A stretch of 58,002 nucleotides of DNA, counting the filler, from Asterionella formosa (Eukaryota): NCBI GenBank assembly GCA_002256025.1. It is 6 parts of 6 records of this genome, joined end to end, with 100 filler letters (N's around TTAATTAATTAA, not from the genome) between each part and the next. Parts side by side here need not be neighbours in the genome. Positions count along the whole stretch, not along the records: positions 38,753 to 48,332 come from NKIB01010474.1; positions 48,433 to 58,002 come from NKIB01010482.1; 4 more parts are not named here. The stretch is one strand, 5' to 3'. Under the pieces are notes generated by a model. It was not told the origin of the DNA, made no database searches, and was given only the letters and a program-made list of their open reading frames with translations. The position numbers and the translations under genes were made by a program. Below are positions 45,998 to 58,002 of this stretch, one piece after another; position 1 is the first letter of the stretch; each line of letters starts with the position of its first letter.

Positions 45998-47702
45998 CGT
46001 CTGTAAATAAAAAATATCATGAAAATATGATCAAGGGTATCGTACGCTAAGTGGCACAGGATTTTCGTATATATGATAATTTTTGGATCAAAATATGATC
46101 AAGGTATCTTGTATCTATGATGATTTCTTAATATGTTACCGACCTTGAAGTATAATGATAATAAGAACATTATCATCACACAATGTATATAAACTGATCA
46201 ACAACATTTCCCATCAATATCATAAACCTTCTCATATTATTTTCACTTCTCGTGATCGCCCGATGTAAATTATAACTACAACGTATCCTAAAACCAGCTC
46301 AACTCGATGCTATCATGTGAATTGTTTCATCGTAAATCTATCTTAAACATGATCATAATTCTAATCACAAGATAGCTCAAAATAGATTGAAATGGATCGT
46401 AATTTAACTATCAAGTTAAGCAATGCTATCTATTAATCTACATGCCAGCGACCCAACGTTTCTCTCTCTACTCGGCTCAATGTATATTCCTTTCTCGCTC
46501 TTTCTTCCTCTGATCTGAATCGTGTGCGAGGCAGTGCCTTACTGATGCTGCGTCTCTTTCCCTGCTGTAAGTGTCATTCTGAACTTGCCGACTATTCCGT
46601 TGTTTGATTGTTTTTATTGTCCTATGCATGCATTTACAGTTACAGTTACAATGAGAAGGAATGGTTTGTTAGCTAGTCATGTTACATTGACACAAGAACA
46701 CGTAATTCCATCGTATCCTCTTGCTTCACTTACCACAAATCAATGCAACTGATGCATAAGTCTGTAATAGTAACTTGTCAGTAAATTCTTGAATAAGTAA
46801 GTTTCGGGTATCCAATGTTGTGGAATAAAACTTACCGGTTCATTTTTGTCATCTTAACTTTGAAAGAATATAAACGTTTTGTTAGTTTTGTTCCAACAGA
46901 AGTGAATAGGTCCAACGAGCGACAAGAGCACTTATGCAATTTTGTTTTGTTTTTTTTACATTGGTGCTCCCCAACAAGCGAAACGAGCTGTTGAATCAAC
47001 TGAGAAAAAAGGAAATGTGGCTGCGTTTAGTTAACAATTTGTTGTTGTGCTGCCTGTCTCCCAACGTTTGTCATCCAAGTACCACATTGATGGCTTCATT
47101 ACCTTAAACATTCTCCATCCTTCGAAGGCGCAATGTGTCGAAGTCACAATGTTTTTCGTTATGTATTGCGAAAACTTTCTTTTCTTGTCATGTGCTTTAC
47201 TAAGACGTATCTTTTCATGAAGCAGCAGGCATTGTTTGTAAACATGACAGAAGGATTTCAAAAATATATATGCCATGAATATAGAAATAAAATTTGTAAA
47301 TATATATATATATATATTAAGTGTTATATATTTATTATATTCAAAGGCGCTCTCGATATGGAACATCTGATATGGTTGAGATGATCATACTCGCATATAC
47401 ATAATTCGAAAATACTCAATGCACTATATGTCCATTGTTTTCCACGACTACATGTACCGGAATTGTTTCTGAAATTTGTTTGCATCGATATTTTCTACGT
47501 CCGTTGAAACTAATTATTTAGACCGTTCAATTGCCGCCAGGGTTTTGGTAGCAAATAATTAAATATATGTAGTCAAAAGGGTTTCTATTTAAATTACAAA
47601 GGCATTTATCAAAATTATTAGATGATACAACGAAAAATTATGATCAGATGATCACAATCCTATGATGCATCATGGAAATATGATAGTTTTTATCTGCAGA
47701 CG
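45998..47702. mobile_element. Putative non-autonomous TIR element (~1.7 kb)
   Basis: 23-bp inverted repeat (20/23): CGTCTGTAAATAAAAAATATCAT versus ATGATAGTTTTTATCTGCAGACG; TGATC/ATGAT-rich subtermini. Confidence 0.5.
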
Positions 47703-48432
47703 CTGTGACATCACCTAGTAGTACTTCACCTCGAACATTAGATAAAGAAGTTGCTCTACTTACTACTTTGAATTCCACCAGTACAATTACTATGACTTGT
47801 GTAAGAGAAGAACGGAATTCACCAAACTGGAGAAGAACAAATAAAGATGGAGGTAGATGAAAGAAGGAGCAACAAATATATTAGTATGGCTACAGGAGGA
47901 GGGAATTAAAAGATATGAATGTTCAACATAAGTAGATACTGATTCATTGTACCAATTCAAAGACTTGGGACTGAGCAACAATATCCAGTGAGACAAGAAC
48001 TCATCATTTGAGACTTGTCCCCCTGAAATCACCCATACCTATAGGAACAGCAACATCCAGCAACAAGCAAAAAAATATTTGGACTCCACTGAAGCGAAGA
48101 AACTGTGCCAATTCGAAATCACCATGCCTTCAATCAACAACCAAATCTAAATTCTCAAGCAAGTAAATGTTGCCAACTCTGGATACCCCGCCCGCAAATT
48201 GATTCTGAATCTCAAGCACCAACGAAAAGCCAAGAAGACAAAATCACCCATCCCCGCAAGTGGACAATCTGCAACAGAAGTGCCAATACATTGCTCATTC
48301 ACTCCAAAAACATGAAAACAAGACCTGGGAACNNNNNNNNNNNNNNNNNNNNNNNNNNNNNNNNNNNNNNNNNNNNTTAATTAATTAANNNNNNNNNNNN
48401 NNNNNNNNNNNNNNNNNNNNNNNNNNNNNNNN

Positions 48433-48757
48433 CAAATAATTATGTGAAGTATTTTCAAATAATTATGTGAAGTATTTCAAATAATTATGTGAAGTATTTC
48501 AAATAATTATGTGAAGTATTTCAAATAATTATGTGAAGTATTTCAAATAATTATGTGAACGTGATCACATAATATAGTGATGATCAGGAATGCATGCATG
48601 ATACTTTGATCAAATATTTAACGTGATGTATTCAGATAATATATAGATATATTCAACTACGTATTTTGATGTATTCAACTAATTCATGTGATGCATTCAA
48701 AATCAACTAGGCTTATTTATGTGATGGTCACTTCACGTAATACGCGGCTTAGATGTA
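48433..48757. repeat. 22-bp tandem array (CAAATAATTATGTGAAGTATTT x ~6) followed by terminus homologous to 1710-1920
   Basis: Direct observation at the contig start. Confidence 0.85.
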
Positions 48758-49130
48758 TGGCGCGTCTATATAGCTATATAGCTCGTTCCATTACCATAAC
48801 AGCTGGTGTCCCGTATCCCTCAAATGTACGCAGCTATGATACCGGTACCAGGTAGTGTTTGACTGATTTTACTTCTAGACAAAGGCCCTTTTTTGAACGT
48901 TTGTCAAAAATTACGAAATGATACACATAAATTATTAGCTAGACTACTGGTAATAAATGCATGATTCTCGTAACAACATCAATCCTCATGCCAAGCAAAT
49001 AAATATACCAGTATATAAATCGATTTCAGACGCACATGGTGACAATTCCAGGATTAATTACCGGTATGATGATTGTTCATTCGTCAACATAAAAGTCAAT
49101 TCTACTTTATTCTCGTTGGTAATAACTCGA

Positions 49131-50432
49131 ATGCTCGGGATGGGTTCCTCTCGGTTCCAAAAAGTTATTGGAGGAGCCGTATTCTTCCTGTTCTGCCTCG
49201 CCCTCGTCTTCTTGGCCCGTAATGTGGTTCCTCTACAAATGAATCTAGCAAGCAATATCCATGAATCCAAACATAGTACGACTCATAAACGTATCATCAT
49301 CAGTCAAGCCTTGCCAGAATCAGACGACGATTCTGATTCCCATCCGTGGCGAGGCGTAGCACCGACCATTGACGTGGCATACATCCCACAATGGTTGGAG
49401 GCATATGTTGCATTTCACAAGCAGTCACTCGCCAAGGCAAGGAACGCCGCAAGAGCACGTACAAAGGACACGAACAACTACATGGTTTTCCTTTGCTTGG
49501 ATGGCCACTCATGTAGTGGCACAGCGAATCAGCAACGAGCCATATTTGCAGCTCTCGTGGTGTCCATTCTGACCAAACGAGTCTTTCTCATTGACATTAT
49601 ACATCCCGTCCGTCTCGATCAAATCCTGAACCCAAACCTGTTGGAATGGAACTTTTCTATTCCGAATCAAAAGTCACTCCCAATTCAATTGCAAATGAAA
49701 TCAACCATTATGAATGTTCGCAATGCAAACCCTGCGCCGTTGAACAGTCCATCTCAATTCAAGCCCAACAGCAACAACTCCACTCAACTCATTTATATCA
49801 ATGCCAACGGTCCCCCCAACTTACGTGAACTATGGAAGACTAACGAATTACAATTATTCATGAACAAGCATTATAATGCAACAACAGTAGAACAACCGAC
49901 CACATTGAAGAATGTCTACAAGTATTTATTTTTTTCATTATACAAACCTTCCAAGGCTCTCATGACTCGCATGATGAAAATGAATGAACAATTATCACTT
50001 TCTTGGAATACAACATTCGTGGCCATGCATATTAGGACAGGTGATGCGCAATTTAATAAAAAGAAAATATACAACAAGCAACATTTTGAAGGACAATTAC
50101 AAGATTTTCTGGACTGTGCCAACAAAATAAAAAAAAGCAAATTTCAACACGATACACCAATTTTATTGGTGGCTGACAAAAACGAGACTCGCATTGCTGC
50201 ATCCGCCATGGATCCATTTGTTATATACGCAAATTCAAACATAGTCCATACATCAATATCAAAACTTTCGTCGAAACAAATGATGGACGGTATGCTGAAT
50301 GTTTGGGTGGATATCTTTCTTCTCGCTAGAGCCAATGTAACAGTGAAAACAAAAGGAAGTTCATTTAGTGAGCTTGGAGGGACTTTTCTTTCTGCACAAG
50401 GGCATGACATATTTGCAACGAAATGTATGTAG
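49131..50432 (+). CDS. Type II membrane GT-B fucosyltransferase-like protein (GT23/NodZ/O-FucT-like)
   Basis: N-terminal TM, SGTANQ, FVAMHIRTGD, VADK, WVDIFLLA..GSSFS; ORF is open from 48957, likely start 49131. Confidence 0.8.
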   Translation: MLGMGSSRFQKVIGGAVFFLFCLALVFLARNVVPLQMNLASNIHESKHSTTHKRIIISQALPESDDDSDSHPWRGVAPTIDVAYIPQWLEAYVAFHKQSLAKARNAARARTKDTNNYMVFLCLDGHSCSGTANQQRAIFAALVVSILTKRVFLIDIIHPVRLDQILNPNLLEWNFSIPNQKSLPIQLQMKSTIMNVRNANPAPLNSPSQFKPNSNNSTQLIYINANGPPNLRELWKTNELQLFMNKHYNATTVEQPTTLKNVYKYLFFSLYKPSKALMTRMMKMNEQLSLSWNTTFVAMHIRTGDAQFNKKKIYNKQHFEGQLQDFLDCANKIKKSKFQHDTPILLVADKNETRIAASAMDPFVIYANSNIVHTSISKLSSKQMMDGMLNVWVDIFLLARANVTVKTKGSSFSELGGTFLSAQGHDIFATKCM

Positions 50433-50785
50433 AACATTGGTATCTCCCTTAACGATTTGAAGAAAAAATGTACCACTTTGTCGATGTCCATGGGTTGCTC
50501 CGAGGTTTTTTAAAACATTCCATACATGGATCATGTCATTGATGATGATGCAAGGGCCTCTATTGTCTAAAAATGACTCCAAACTCCTCCAGTCTTACTG
50601 ACTCCTAATGGGATGGGATGGAGGATGAAACATGGAAATGATTTTTTGTAAAAAAGTCTACATTTCAAAATGACTAGACCATTTTGAATTGGCACATGTG
50701 TGTATGTGCTGAATGTAGCTACCGGTACAGGATAAACAATTTTCGTCACTGATAATCGACCAACCAGGCATGCCCAGTATTATAT

Positions 50786-51838
50786 TTACTGCTGAAAGGG
50801 AGTAATGATAATGGGGGTTCCTGGATAGAGTGTATTCAACTCTTTTTGGAGATCACCATAGTTAATCTTCATTTGAATGTAGTTCGCAACCGCTGGCGCC
50901 GGTGGGGTATCAAAGTTGGAAGCATTGTAATTAAATCTGGAAATGGCAGGTACGATATTGCATTTATAGGTGGTGGCGAGATTGACACATGTAATAGTTT
51001 TTACAGTTCCCAAAGTAGCAGTTCCCAAGTACGTCAAAGTATTTGCATTATGAAAGGCTATTTTCAAATTCTTCTTCACGAGTGATTGGTAGGCCGCAAC
51101 AAGTTGGCTGTGAGCTTGAGATGTCGGAGAGTTGAAGGTGGATGTTAGAATGCCAGCCTTGTTCGCAACGCCAAAGGTGTTGGTAATCGTGGCCGTCGTG
51201 AGACTGGGTGCATTGGTGGGTGCTTTTGTGGGTGACTTTCCTGGACAGGTGCCACCGGTCCTGCTGCTAATAAGAGTTGCGGGATTGTAGGCTTTGAAGG
51301 CACAATCGAGATTTCCGCCCGTGTTGATCGCAGATTGAATGTAAGTGGCGGCACCCAGCACTGGCGAGGTGGAAAACTGGGAAGACGTGTAATTGAGGTT
51401 CGCCGTACTAGTGATGTAATGGCAGATATAACCAGTTGGGGGCACGCTAACAGGACAAGCCTTTTGCACAACGCTGACAATTTTGTAGTTTCCGTATTGG
51501 ACGGCCTTGCCCGTCAAGGCGCTGTACGAAGCCAATCTGCTTTTGGCCACACTGCTGTAACCATTCAATACTGTCTTGGACGGAGTAGTGGCTGTAGTCG
51601 TCAGCTGAGAAGTCGTAATGGAAGCAGGGTGCAAAATATAAAAGGTGTTGCTGAGTGTTCCGAATCTATCCTGTGATATTTAAATGGAACATGAGGAAGT
51701 TAGAACTGAAGTGCGTTGGAACGACTGAAGCGCCTCCTTTCGTTGATTGATGGAACGTACCGGAACAGCAGACACAAGCGCAGGCATCCAAGATGCTGCA
51801 GTCAGCAAGAGAGCGGATAAAAAGGTGAATCTGTTCAT
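50786..51838 (-). CDS. Secreted protein with two tandem ~125-aa domains and SPTKAPT linker; exons 51838-51761, 51670-50786
   Basis: Signal peptide MNRFTFLSALLLTAASWMPALVSA spliced in frame by a 90-bp GT-AG intron; internal duplication. Confidence 0.8.
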
Positions 51839-52180
51839 GATGATTCAATAGAAAAGAAATGGTAACGAGCTGATGGATGCTATTATAAAGGAATCGAATG
51901 AGCACAGCAGATCGTCAATAGGCTTTACGATCAAAATGTCAAGAAAAGAAAATAATATGTGAGTCGGAACCAATGCTTTTGTTACACACACAGGTACATA
52001 CAGTATTTCTCATCAACGAGCTAAATTAATACTAGGATACCGGTAATAAGGTATCCACAAATCAGACTGCTACAGGTATATACCCAGCCAGGGTGCCGGT
52101 GTGTTCCGGTATAGTTAATAGGTACCTGGTAGTTAGTAGTATACCGGTATTTTAGGTAAGATATTCGCTACATAGACGAG

Positions 52181-54937
52181 CCCACTGGCACGGGAGCCTT
52201 TACCAACACCTTGTGAAAAATACTAACGCTCCCGAACATTCCGGCATACCGTAGTAATGAAAAGTTGTACAGTACCAGGTATGGTACCAGGTACCGGTAC
52301 CAAAAAAATTCTTTGTCAGCGCATCCATGGCTTCAAAAAATTCAACAAAACTCACATTCTCTTGACACTCTTTACCATCACATTTTTGTGACACTTCATT
52401 GCATGCTACCTCAGCCTGAGCTTCTTTTAACTTTTTGTAGTACATACTTACAATATCCATTTGTTCCTTCTCTCGTTTTACAACAAAACCTGCTTGTGCA
52501 AATTCTGCATTGGAACTTTGAGAGGCTAGTGTCATTTGTGTATGGCATTCATTTGCTTTTGAAAATTCTTAAAGAGATTCAACCACTTGTTTGGATGTGT
52601 TTTCAAAATCAATGGCAGCATTTATTTCTTCTTTTCCAGGGGGGGGGGGTCATCTGTGCTTCGTAATGATAATCTGGGACTTTCAGAATCATCCTCATCC
52701 AATAAAATATTTGGCAGGGACTGGGGATGAAAAAGAAGCCAATGGGAAAGAGGATAATTCGGATTCTGTACTAGAATCATTGGCAATATCTTCACTGGTG
52801 GTAGAAATTTCTTTGATAGTAGGGGAGAAGACTTCCTTGTTGTCAATTCAGGTGGAAAGGGAGCTCTGTTAATTTTCAAATACTTCCTTAGTTCTTGGGA
52901 TGACTTTTTGCTATACCCCGTCATGTCTTGAAGATCAATAGTCTTTAACCAATTCTTAATTAATGAAATAGTGATCACCTTTTTTCTGTATCCGGTGACA
53001 TAATTAAAGTGAACATAAAGATGATGAAGTTGTTGAATGGGACATCTGTTGAATGAGCATGTCTTTTATCATTGTCAAAGACCTTTCGTTGTCGATGAAA
53101 AATTCAGCAGGAGTGATGCTTGCAATCAATTGGTCATTCAGTTTCCTTGCTGCAGAATAAATCTCATTTTTCTGAAGAATCAAATGATGCCATGGTGAGA
53201 AGTAACAAATCGTGAGTTATGGTTAACCAATTTGGATCCAAATTGTTGTTTTTGCTACCACTTTTGATCCAAATTAGTAGCAATTTTTTTAACTACCCAA
53301 TTGGTATCTGCTGTTGGCATTAGGGTTCGGGTTTGAAATTTTGCCACCAATTTGGATTCTTGTTTACCAAATTGGTATCATCGATAGCTATAAGTTACAT
53401 TAAGATAGGTATGTGATCATATGAATCTCTTGATATCGAAATCCAAATTAATATACATAAAGTCAGTATTATTTTAAATATATTGAATAAGCAACAAGGT
53501 TTATTTAATAATTCAAGCCTATTTTCACGACCTGTCTGGCGCTAGCAAGCAAGGCATGATGAAAATTCAATAATGTGACATCAAAATGGAAGTGTCGACC
53601 TCATTAAGGTATTTTTGATGATTGGTAGCGATGTCAGCAAGTTTTGATGTCAGCCAAGAGGTATGAACAGAGCTGTAGATACCAAGCAAGCTTAGATGTG
53701 CCCGTGCATCATCCAAGGAGTTGTGTCAACTGTTGCAGCACCACCAATGTTGGCCAAGCTGTAGGGTAAGCTGGCGGCTAAAGCAGCGTTGGTTAGGACG
53801 TTGGCCAAGGTGTGGGATCAGCTGTTGGTTTTGATCTTCGGTCAAGGCATGACCTGGTGGTCTAGATATCAACACCTGTGGTGTGGTACCATATGTTGGC
53901 ATCAATCATGTCGGTTGGCTTTGATGTCAGCCATGGAGGAGCTGAACTGACGTTAAGAGATATCGATAGGCAGACGAGTTTCAGCTGTTGGTCTATATGT
54001 TGGCCGTGGTGTGGTATCCGCTGTCACTATCAACAGCCAATCATGTCGGTTTTGACATCAGCCAGCATTTAGGGAGTGTGAAAGGTGGGCTGAACTCCTG
54101 GTGATGGTCTTCATGTGGTCAATAGGCATTGGCTCAGCTGTTGGTCGATTTGTTCGCCAAGGTGTGGGATCAGCTGCTGGCATCAACAGCCAATCATGTC
54201 GGTTCGACACCACCAGCCATGTAGGAGGTGGGGAACAAGGGGGGCTGACGTCCTAATACTTGGTGATGGTTTAGATGTCAATTCAAGGCACTGGCTGGCT
54301 CAGCTGTAGGTTTTGATGGGATGCTATTATCAGCCATAGAGGGACTGAACTGTTGGTTTTATTGTCAAAAAGGCATGGGCTGACCTCTTCGTCAAATGTG
54401 AGCCGAGGGGTGGTGGGATCAGCTGTTGGAATCCACAATCGTGTTGCTATTTTTAGATGCTAGCCATTGAGTGAGCTAACCTATTGGTAGAGTTGTAGGC
54501 GGTTTGGAGTTTTCAGTGCACACTCACAGCTTGCTTCACTATTATTAGCTTTACTACTAGATAAATAATATTTATAATTATAAAAACCGTATGTACTAGC
54601 TATAACGCTTTGCTACCGATTTGGCACTACCAATTTGGTGTCACCAATTTGGATTTACCGATTTGGCACTACCAATTCGGAGGTAGCAATTGGGAGGAAT
54701 ATTGGTGATGTCACTGAATACGTCATCATAACCTTTATGTAGAAATCTACGTCCCATAAGTGGGAAAAGCTTGATACCAATTTGGGTCCAATTGGTAGCG
54801 ATTGCTACCAATTGGGGAACATTCGCCTCGATTTGGCGCCAATTTGCGGTCAAGCAAACAAACTTCTGGGACGTCAAATTTTTTGCCACCAATTCAGCTT
54901 TCAAAATTGGGTACTTTTCGGCTCCTGTGTAAGTGTG
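52181..54937. mobile_element. Putative decayed TIR element with CCAATTTGG subterminal repeats and internal degenerate ~120-bp repeats
   Basis: CCCACTGGCACGGGAGCC versus reverse-complemented end CACACTTACACAGGAGCC (14/18); dense CCAATTTGG/CCAAATTGG at 53225-53380 and 54610-54910; no TSD seen. Confidence 0.4.
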
Positions 54938-54943
54938 CATCCC

Positions 54944-55145
54944 TGTCAAGAATATAGCATCAATGGGTAGTATATAAGTCGCAGGGACTGTGGACTCGAC
55001 TATTGTCCAATGAGTCAAATGGTGTGTTCCCATGTCAAGAAGCTTGCTAACAAGATTAATGTTTTAGATCAATCAGAAGAAGGTTGACATGAGAGAAAAG
55101 GGAACACGAAGAAAAGGTTCTCAAAGTGTGATGAATGGGATTGAC
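54944..55145 (+). repeat. LTR-like repeat, copy 3
   Basis: Aligns over ~200 bp with the reverse complement of 4790-4989. Confidence 0.7.
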
Positions 55146-56063
55146 ACTTAGTTTTAGTTTAATCTTATAATTAAGAAACAGTGAGAATTGACAGAGTAGT
55201 TTCCAGTACAATTTCCAGACACTCACCACCTTTCAACAAAGATTGTTGGCTGGTGAAGGCCAAAACCAATTGGATTACAATGACAACTCCGCCACCACTT
55301 CAGTCTTGTTATCCCATGTTTTTGGATTGGCATAGACCATGATGGGTCCCTCTTTAATAATAATAGCATTTTTCGATGCACAAGAAACACACAAAAATAC
55401 AAATTAGACCCCCACCTTGGGTGTGGCTGGTTCCCGTGAAAAGGGTGCAAACAAAGTTAATTCTGGTCAGGACGGGTTCCTTTTGGAGGAAAACTGACAA
55501 GCAAATTTACAGGGCCTCTACTAATCGCAAGGAGTGCATATTCAGAGGTAGCTAGAGTTCTGGTTGGCGCACAATTTAAGCATTCAAGAAAATAATTAAT
55601 CCGCCATTCTCGCGAGATTGGGCATCAAGCACTATCCTGGTGTCACCATGTTTGATGGGCTGATCCCAGTTACCTTTGTCAAAACGGTGCGCCATGTAAT
55701 CTATTATTCTATCCCCTTAGAATAGTTTCAAGATAACTTAAAAATGAATAAAATACTCAGAAATAGGCACACAATATATTTTCTCAAAAAAGCACTGGCT
55801 TCCATGTATATTATTCAGTGTTCAAAAGCTTTTAACCTCTTAAATCAAGACCTCTCGTCGATTACTCGAAAACGGCTGCATCAGGGAGGATTCATCCTTA
55901 AGTGTTATACCATAAGGACTCAATGCCCCAGCTACAGGCAAGGAGTGCATAACATAATTGATGTAACTATTCATTTTCATTTTTCACAATTAATCCCTTC
56001 TTTCACTCCTAAACAATTACAGTACATGGATTTATCCTAACATCACCACTGTACTCACCGTCA

Positions 56064-58001
56064 TCATTTGGTGCAAAGTACCTTACTGTCGACGTTCCTT
56101 TCGAGGATATGAACCTTGTGTTCTGCACCCCAATCCATGTAGCATGTGACAGCACGTTCAAAAAATGGTCGAGAATCAAAACCAAGTGCGTGCAACGCAA
56201 AATATGCTCGTTCATTTGCAAGTCCTTCATAGTTTATGAAACCGTAGTTAACTGAGATTTGTATGGCGTGCTCAATTGCCTGCAAAACCTTGTTTGCATC
56301 GCATGACATTAAAGCTCTTCGCTCTGCTTCCAAGTGAGCAACAAATAATGTTGCAGTAACACATCCACTGTTACTCTGCTTCCTCATGTACCTTAGGACG
56401 TTGTCACCTAGTCGTCGATAACTAGTGCGACTCTGCAGCATTGAAGTCGATGCCAAACCAAAGAAGGTAAGCCCTGAATAGAACTTGTAGACCAGGAAAA
56501 TCCAATGAAACTGGAACCGTTTCCGGACCTTTTCAAGTGCTACTATCATGTCATTGGCAGTTGCAAGAGATCCAACATGAAATGCAGTTATAAGTTTGTA
56601 TATCCTGCAAAATATTAATAGATACTCATTGTAGGGTGATGTAGCTCTTATCATTATTGCAGCTTCATCCCTTCCACCTTGCTGTAGAATTGGGTGGTAG
56701 TCACAATTACCTCCAATGAGCGAAAGGATAGTCCGCCAGATTTGTACTGTTTTATCCAAGGAAGAGTCTTGCTTGAATATTTGCATGCTTTCACATAAGG
56801 TTTTGCAGTCGTGTTCCAGGCTTTGCAAATCACGCCCACAGTAAAATGACGTACAAATGTAGTTGAAAGCTGCAATTGACGCATTCTCCATGTCACCTTG
56901 AGCTGATCCAACAGCATGAGCTCGCCTGAATGCATCGGCAGCTTCGGTTAACGATCTTTTCCAATGTAAATTAAAACTCCAGAGAGTTACTAGAGTGATG
57001 CAGAAGGATTTCTGACAAATTTGTTTGTCCAGCAGCTTGAGTGCAAGTAGGGCAAACCGATAAGCACTCTCTGAATTTCCCAGCCTTGATTCCACTCTAC
57101 CATAACAAGCAATGGCGAAAGGTGACATTGAAGAAATACCATACTTTAAAGACAATTGAATAACGCGTAAAACAACAAATACACACAGGTACTCTTCTGC
57201 AAGGAAATAGGCTGCAGCGCAAATTTTGGAGAGCACGGTCATGATCATAATAGTTTGCGCATTTCCTTCGAGAAGGGGCAGTGAAAGAATGAAATTATCT
57301 GACTTTCCATGTAGCATTTTCTTAGTCTTCGCAATTGAGCAAAGAAGGTCAAATGTTGTTGGATGTGTTGTCACTTTCACTCCCAATTCCTGTAGAATTG
57401 AAAGACATTTGTCAATTGACTCTGTTCGCATGGCTTGCGCATTCAGTGCGTCAACCTCCGAATAGTAGGCAGATGCTTTATCTTCGATGGTTCGTGCATT
57501 CACCACGATGCTTTTGGCCATTTTATCGCTATGTGCAAAGTCTCCAATGCAATAACCAATCTCTGCAGAGAGGCTAAACAGTCTCAGACAAAGATCGTAG
57601 TGTGTGCTCCACATGGTGTCTGCATCAAGAAGCTCGATACCATATCGCAAATACTCGGAGGCGCTCAAAAACGCAGATTTCTCGTTCGCTGCTACCTTTG
57701 CTGCATCAAGGTTGAGTCGTGACAAGTCAACACGATCACCTTCATCAACCAAGTATTGCGATGCATGATTTAGATGGTGCACAACATGAAATAGAAAATC
57801 GTTACATTTTGGTAGCAGCATCTTCCTTATTTGATTACCAATTGTCAAATGTAATATTGCCCGTTCCCTTCCTTCGGGAATAGAATCATAAAGAACAGTC
57901 TGAGGGCAGTCATGCACAAACTTCATTTTGATTCCGGAATCATCGCATTTTTCGATAATACCTTCGGCAGTTGCAGCATCCAGGATTTTGGAAACCCTGT
58001 C
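56064..58001 (-). CDS. C-terminal part of a STAND-type AAA ATPase / multi-sensor kinase-like protein (winged helix plus TPR-like helices), 5'-truncated
   Basis: KFVHD..Q..LY..IP..LHLTIG, LNLDAAKVA..AFLSASEYLRYGIELL..W..HYDLCL, EGLANERA..WGAEHKV; frame open to the window end. Confidence 0.8.
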   Translation of the reverse strand, partial: DRVSKILDAATAEGIIEKCDDSGIKMKFVHDCPQTVLYDSIPEGRERAILHLTIGNQIRKMLLPKCNDFLFHVVHHLNHASQYLVDEGDRVDLSRLNLDAAKVAANEKSAFLSASEYLRYGIELLDADTMWSTHYDLCLRLFSLSAEIGYCIGDFAHSDKMAKSIVVNARTIEDKASAYYSEVDALNAQAMRTESIDKCLSILQELGVKVTTHPTTFDLLCSIAKTKKMLHGKSDNFILSLPLLEGNAQTIMIMTVLSKICAAAYFLAEEYLCVFVVLRVIQLSLKYGISSMSPFAIACYGRVESRLGNSESAYRFALLALKLLDKQICQKSFCITLVTLWSFNLHWKRSLTEAADAFRRAHAVGSAQGDMENASIAAFNYICTSFYCGRDLQSLEHDCKTLCESMQIFKQDSSLDKTVQIWRTILSLIGGNCDYHPILQQGGRDEAAIMIRATSPYNEYLLIFCRIYKLITAFHVGSLATANDMIVALEKVRKRFQFHWIFLVYKFYSGLTFFGLASTSMLQSRTSYRRLGDNVLRYMRKQSNSGCVTATLFVAHLEAERRALMSCDANKVLQAIEHAIQISVNYGFINYEGLANERAYFALHALGFDSRPFFERAVTCYMDWGAEHKVHILERNVDSKVLCTK

Positions 58002-58002
58002 A

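Overview
Eukaryotic nuclear DNA, most likely a diatom (inferred from short GT-AG introns, diatom-type HSF/bZIP/MYB genes, CoDi-like Copia relics and a diatom-style membrane LRR protein). The window is not one locus. It is six unrelated contigs of about 9.6 kb (9594, 9592, 9585, 9581, 9580, 9570 bp, sorted by size) joined by artificial 100-nt N-TTAATTAATTAA-N linkers, so gene neighbourhood is meaningful only within a contig. Intact-looking genes: PTPLA/HACD-like dehydratase, 3-exon LRR protein, HSF, TM-LRR-ARM chimera, EMC5/MMgT, DES1-like desaturase, holocytochrome c synthase, bZIP, 3R-MYB, Crinkler-like NTPase-nuclease, fucosyltransferase-like GT, a secreted two-domain protein and a partial STAND-type ATPase. 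The rest is decayed TEs (Copia, tyrosine recombinase, Harbinger, TIR elements/MITEs) and a pervasive GGTACC/CCAGGTA palindromic micro-repeat. The most striking observation is a circularly permuted tRNA-Cys(GCA) gene at 27656-27739: the 3' half lies upstream of the 5' half, with an upstream TATA-like element and a downstream T6 terminator. Next is a contig of LRR/ARM repeat modules with constant frameworks, hypervariable exposed positions and chimeric junctions.
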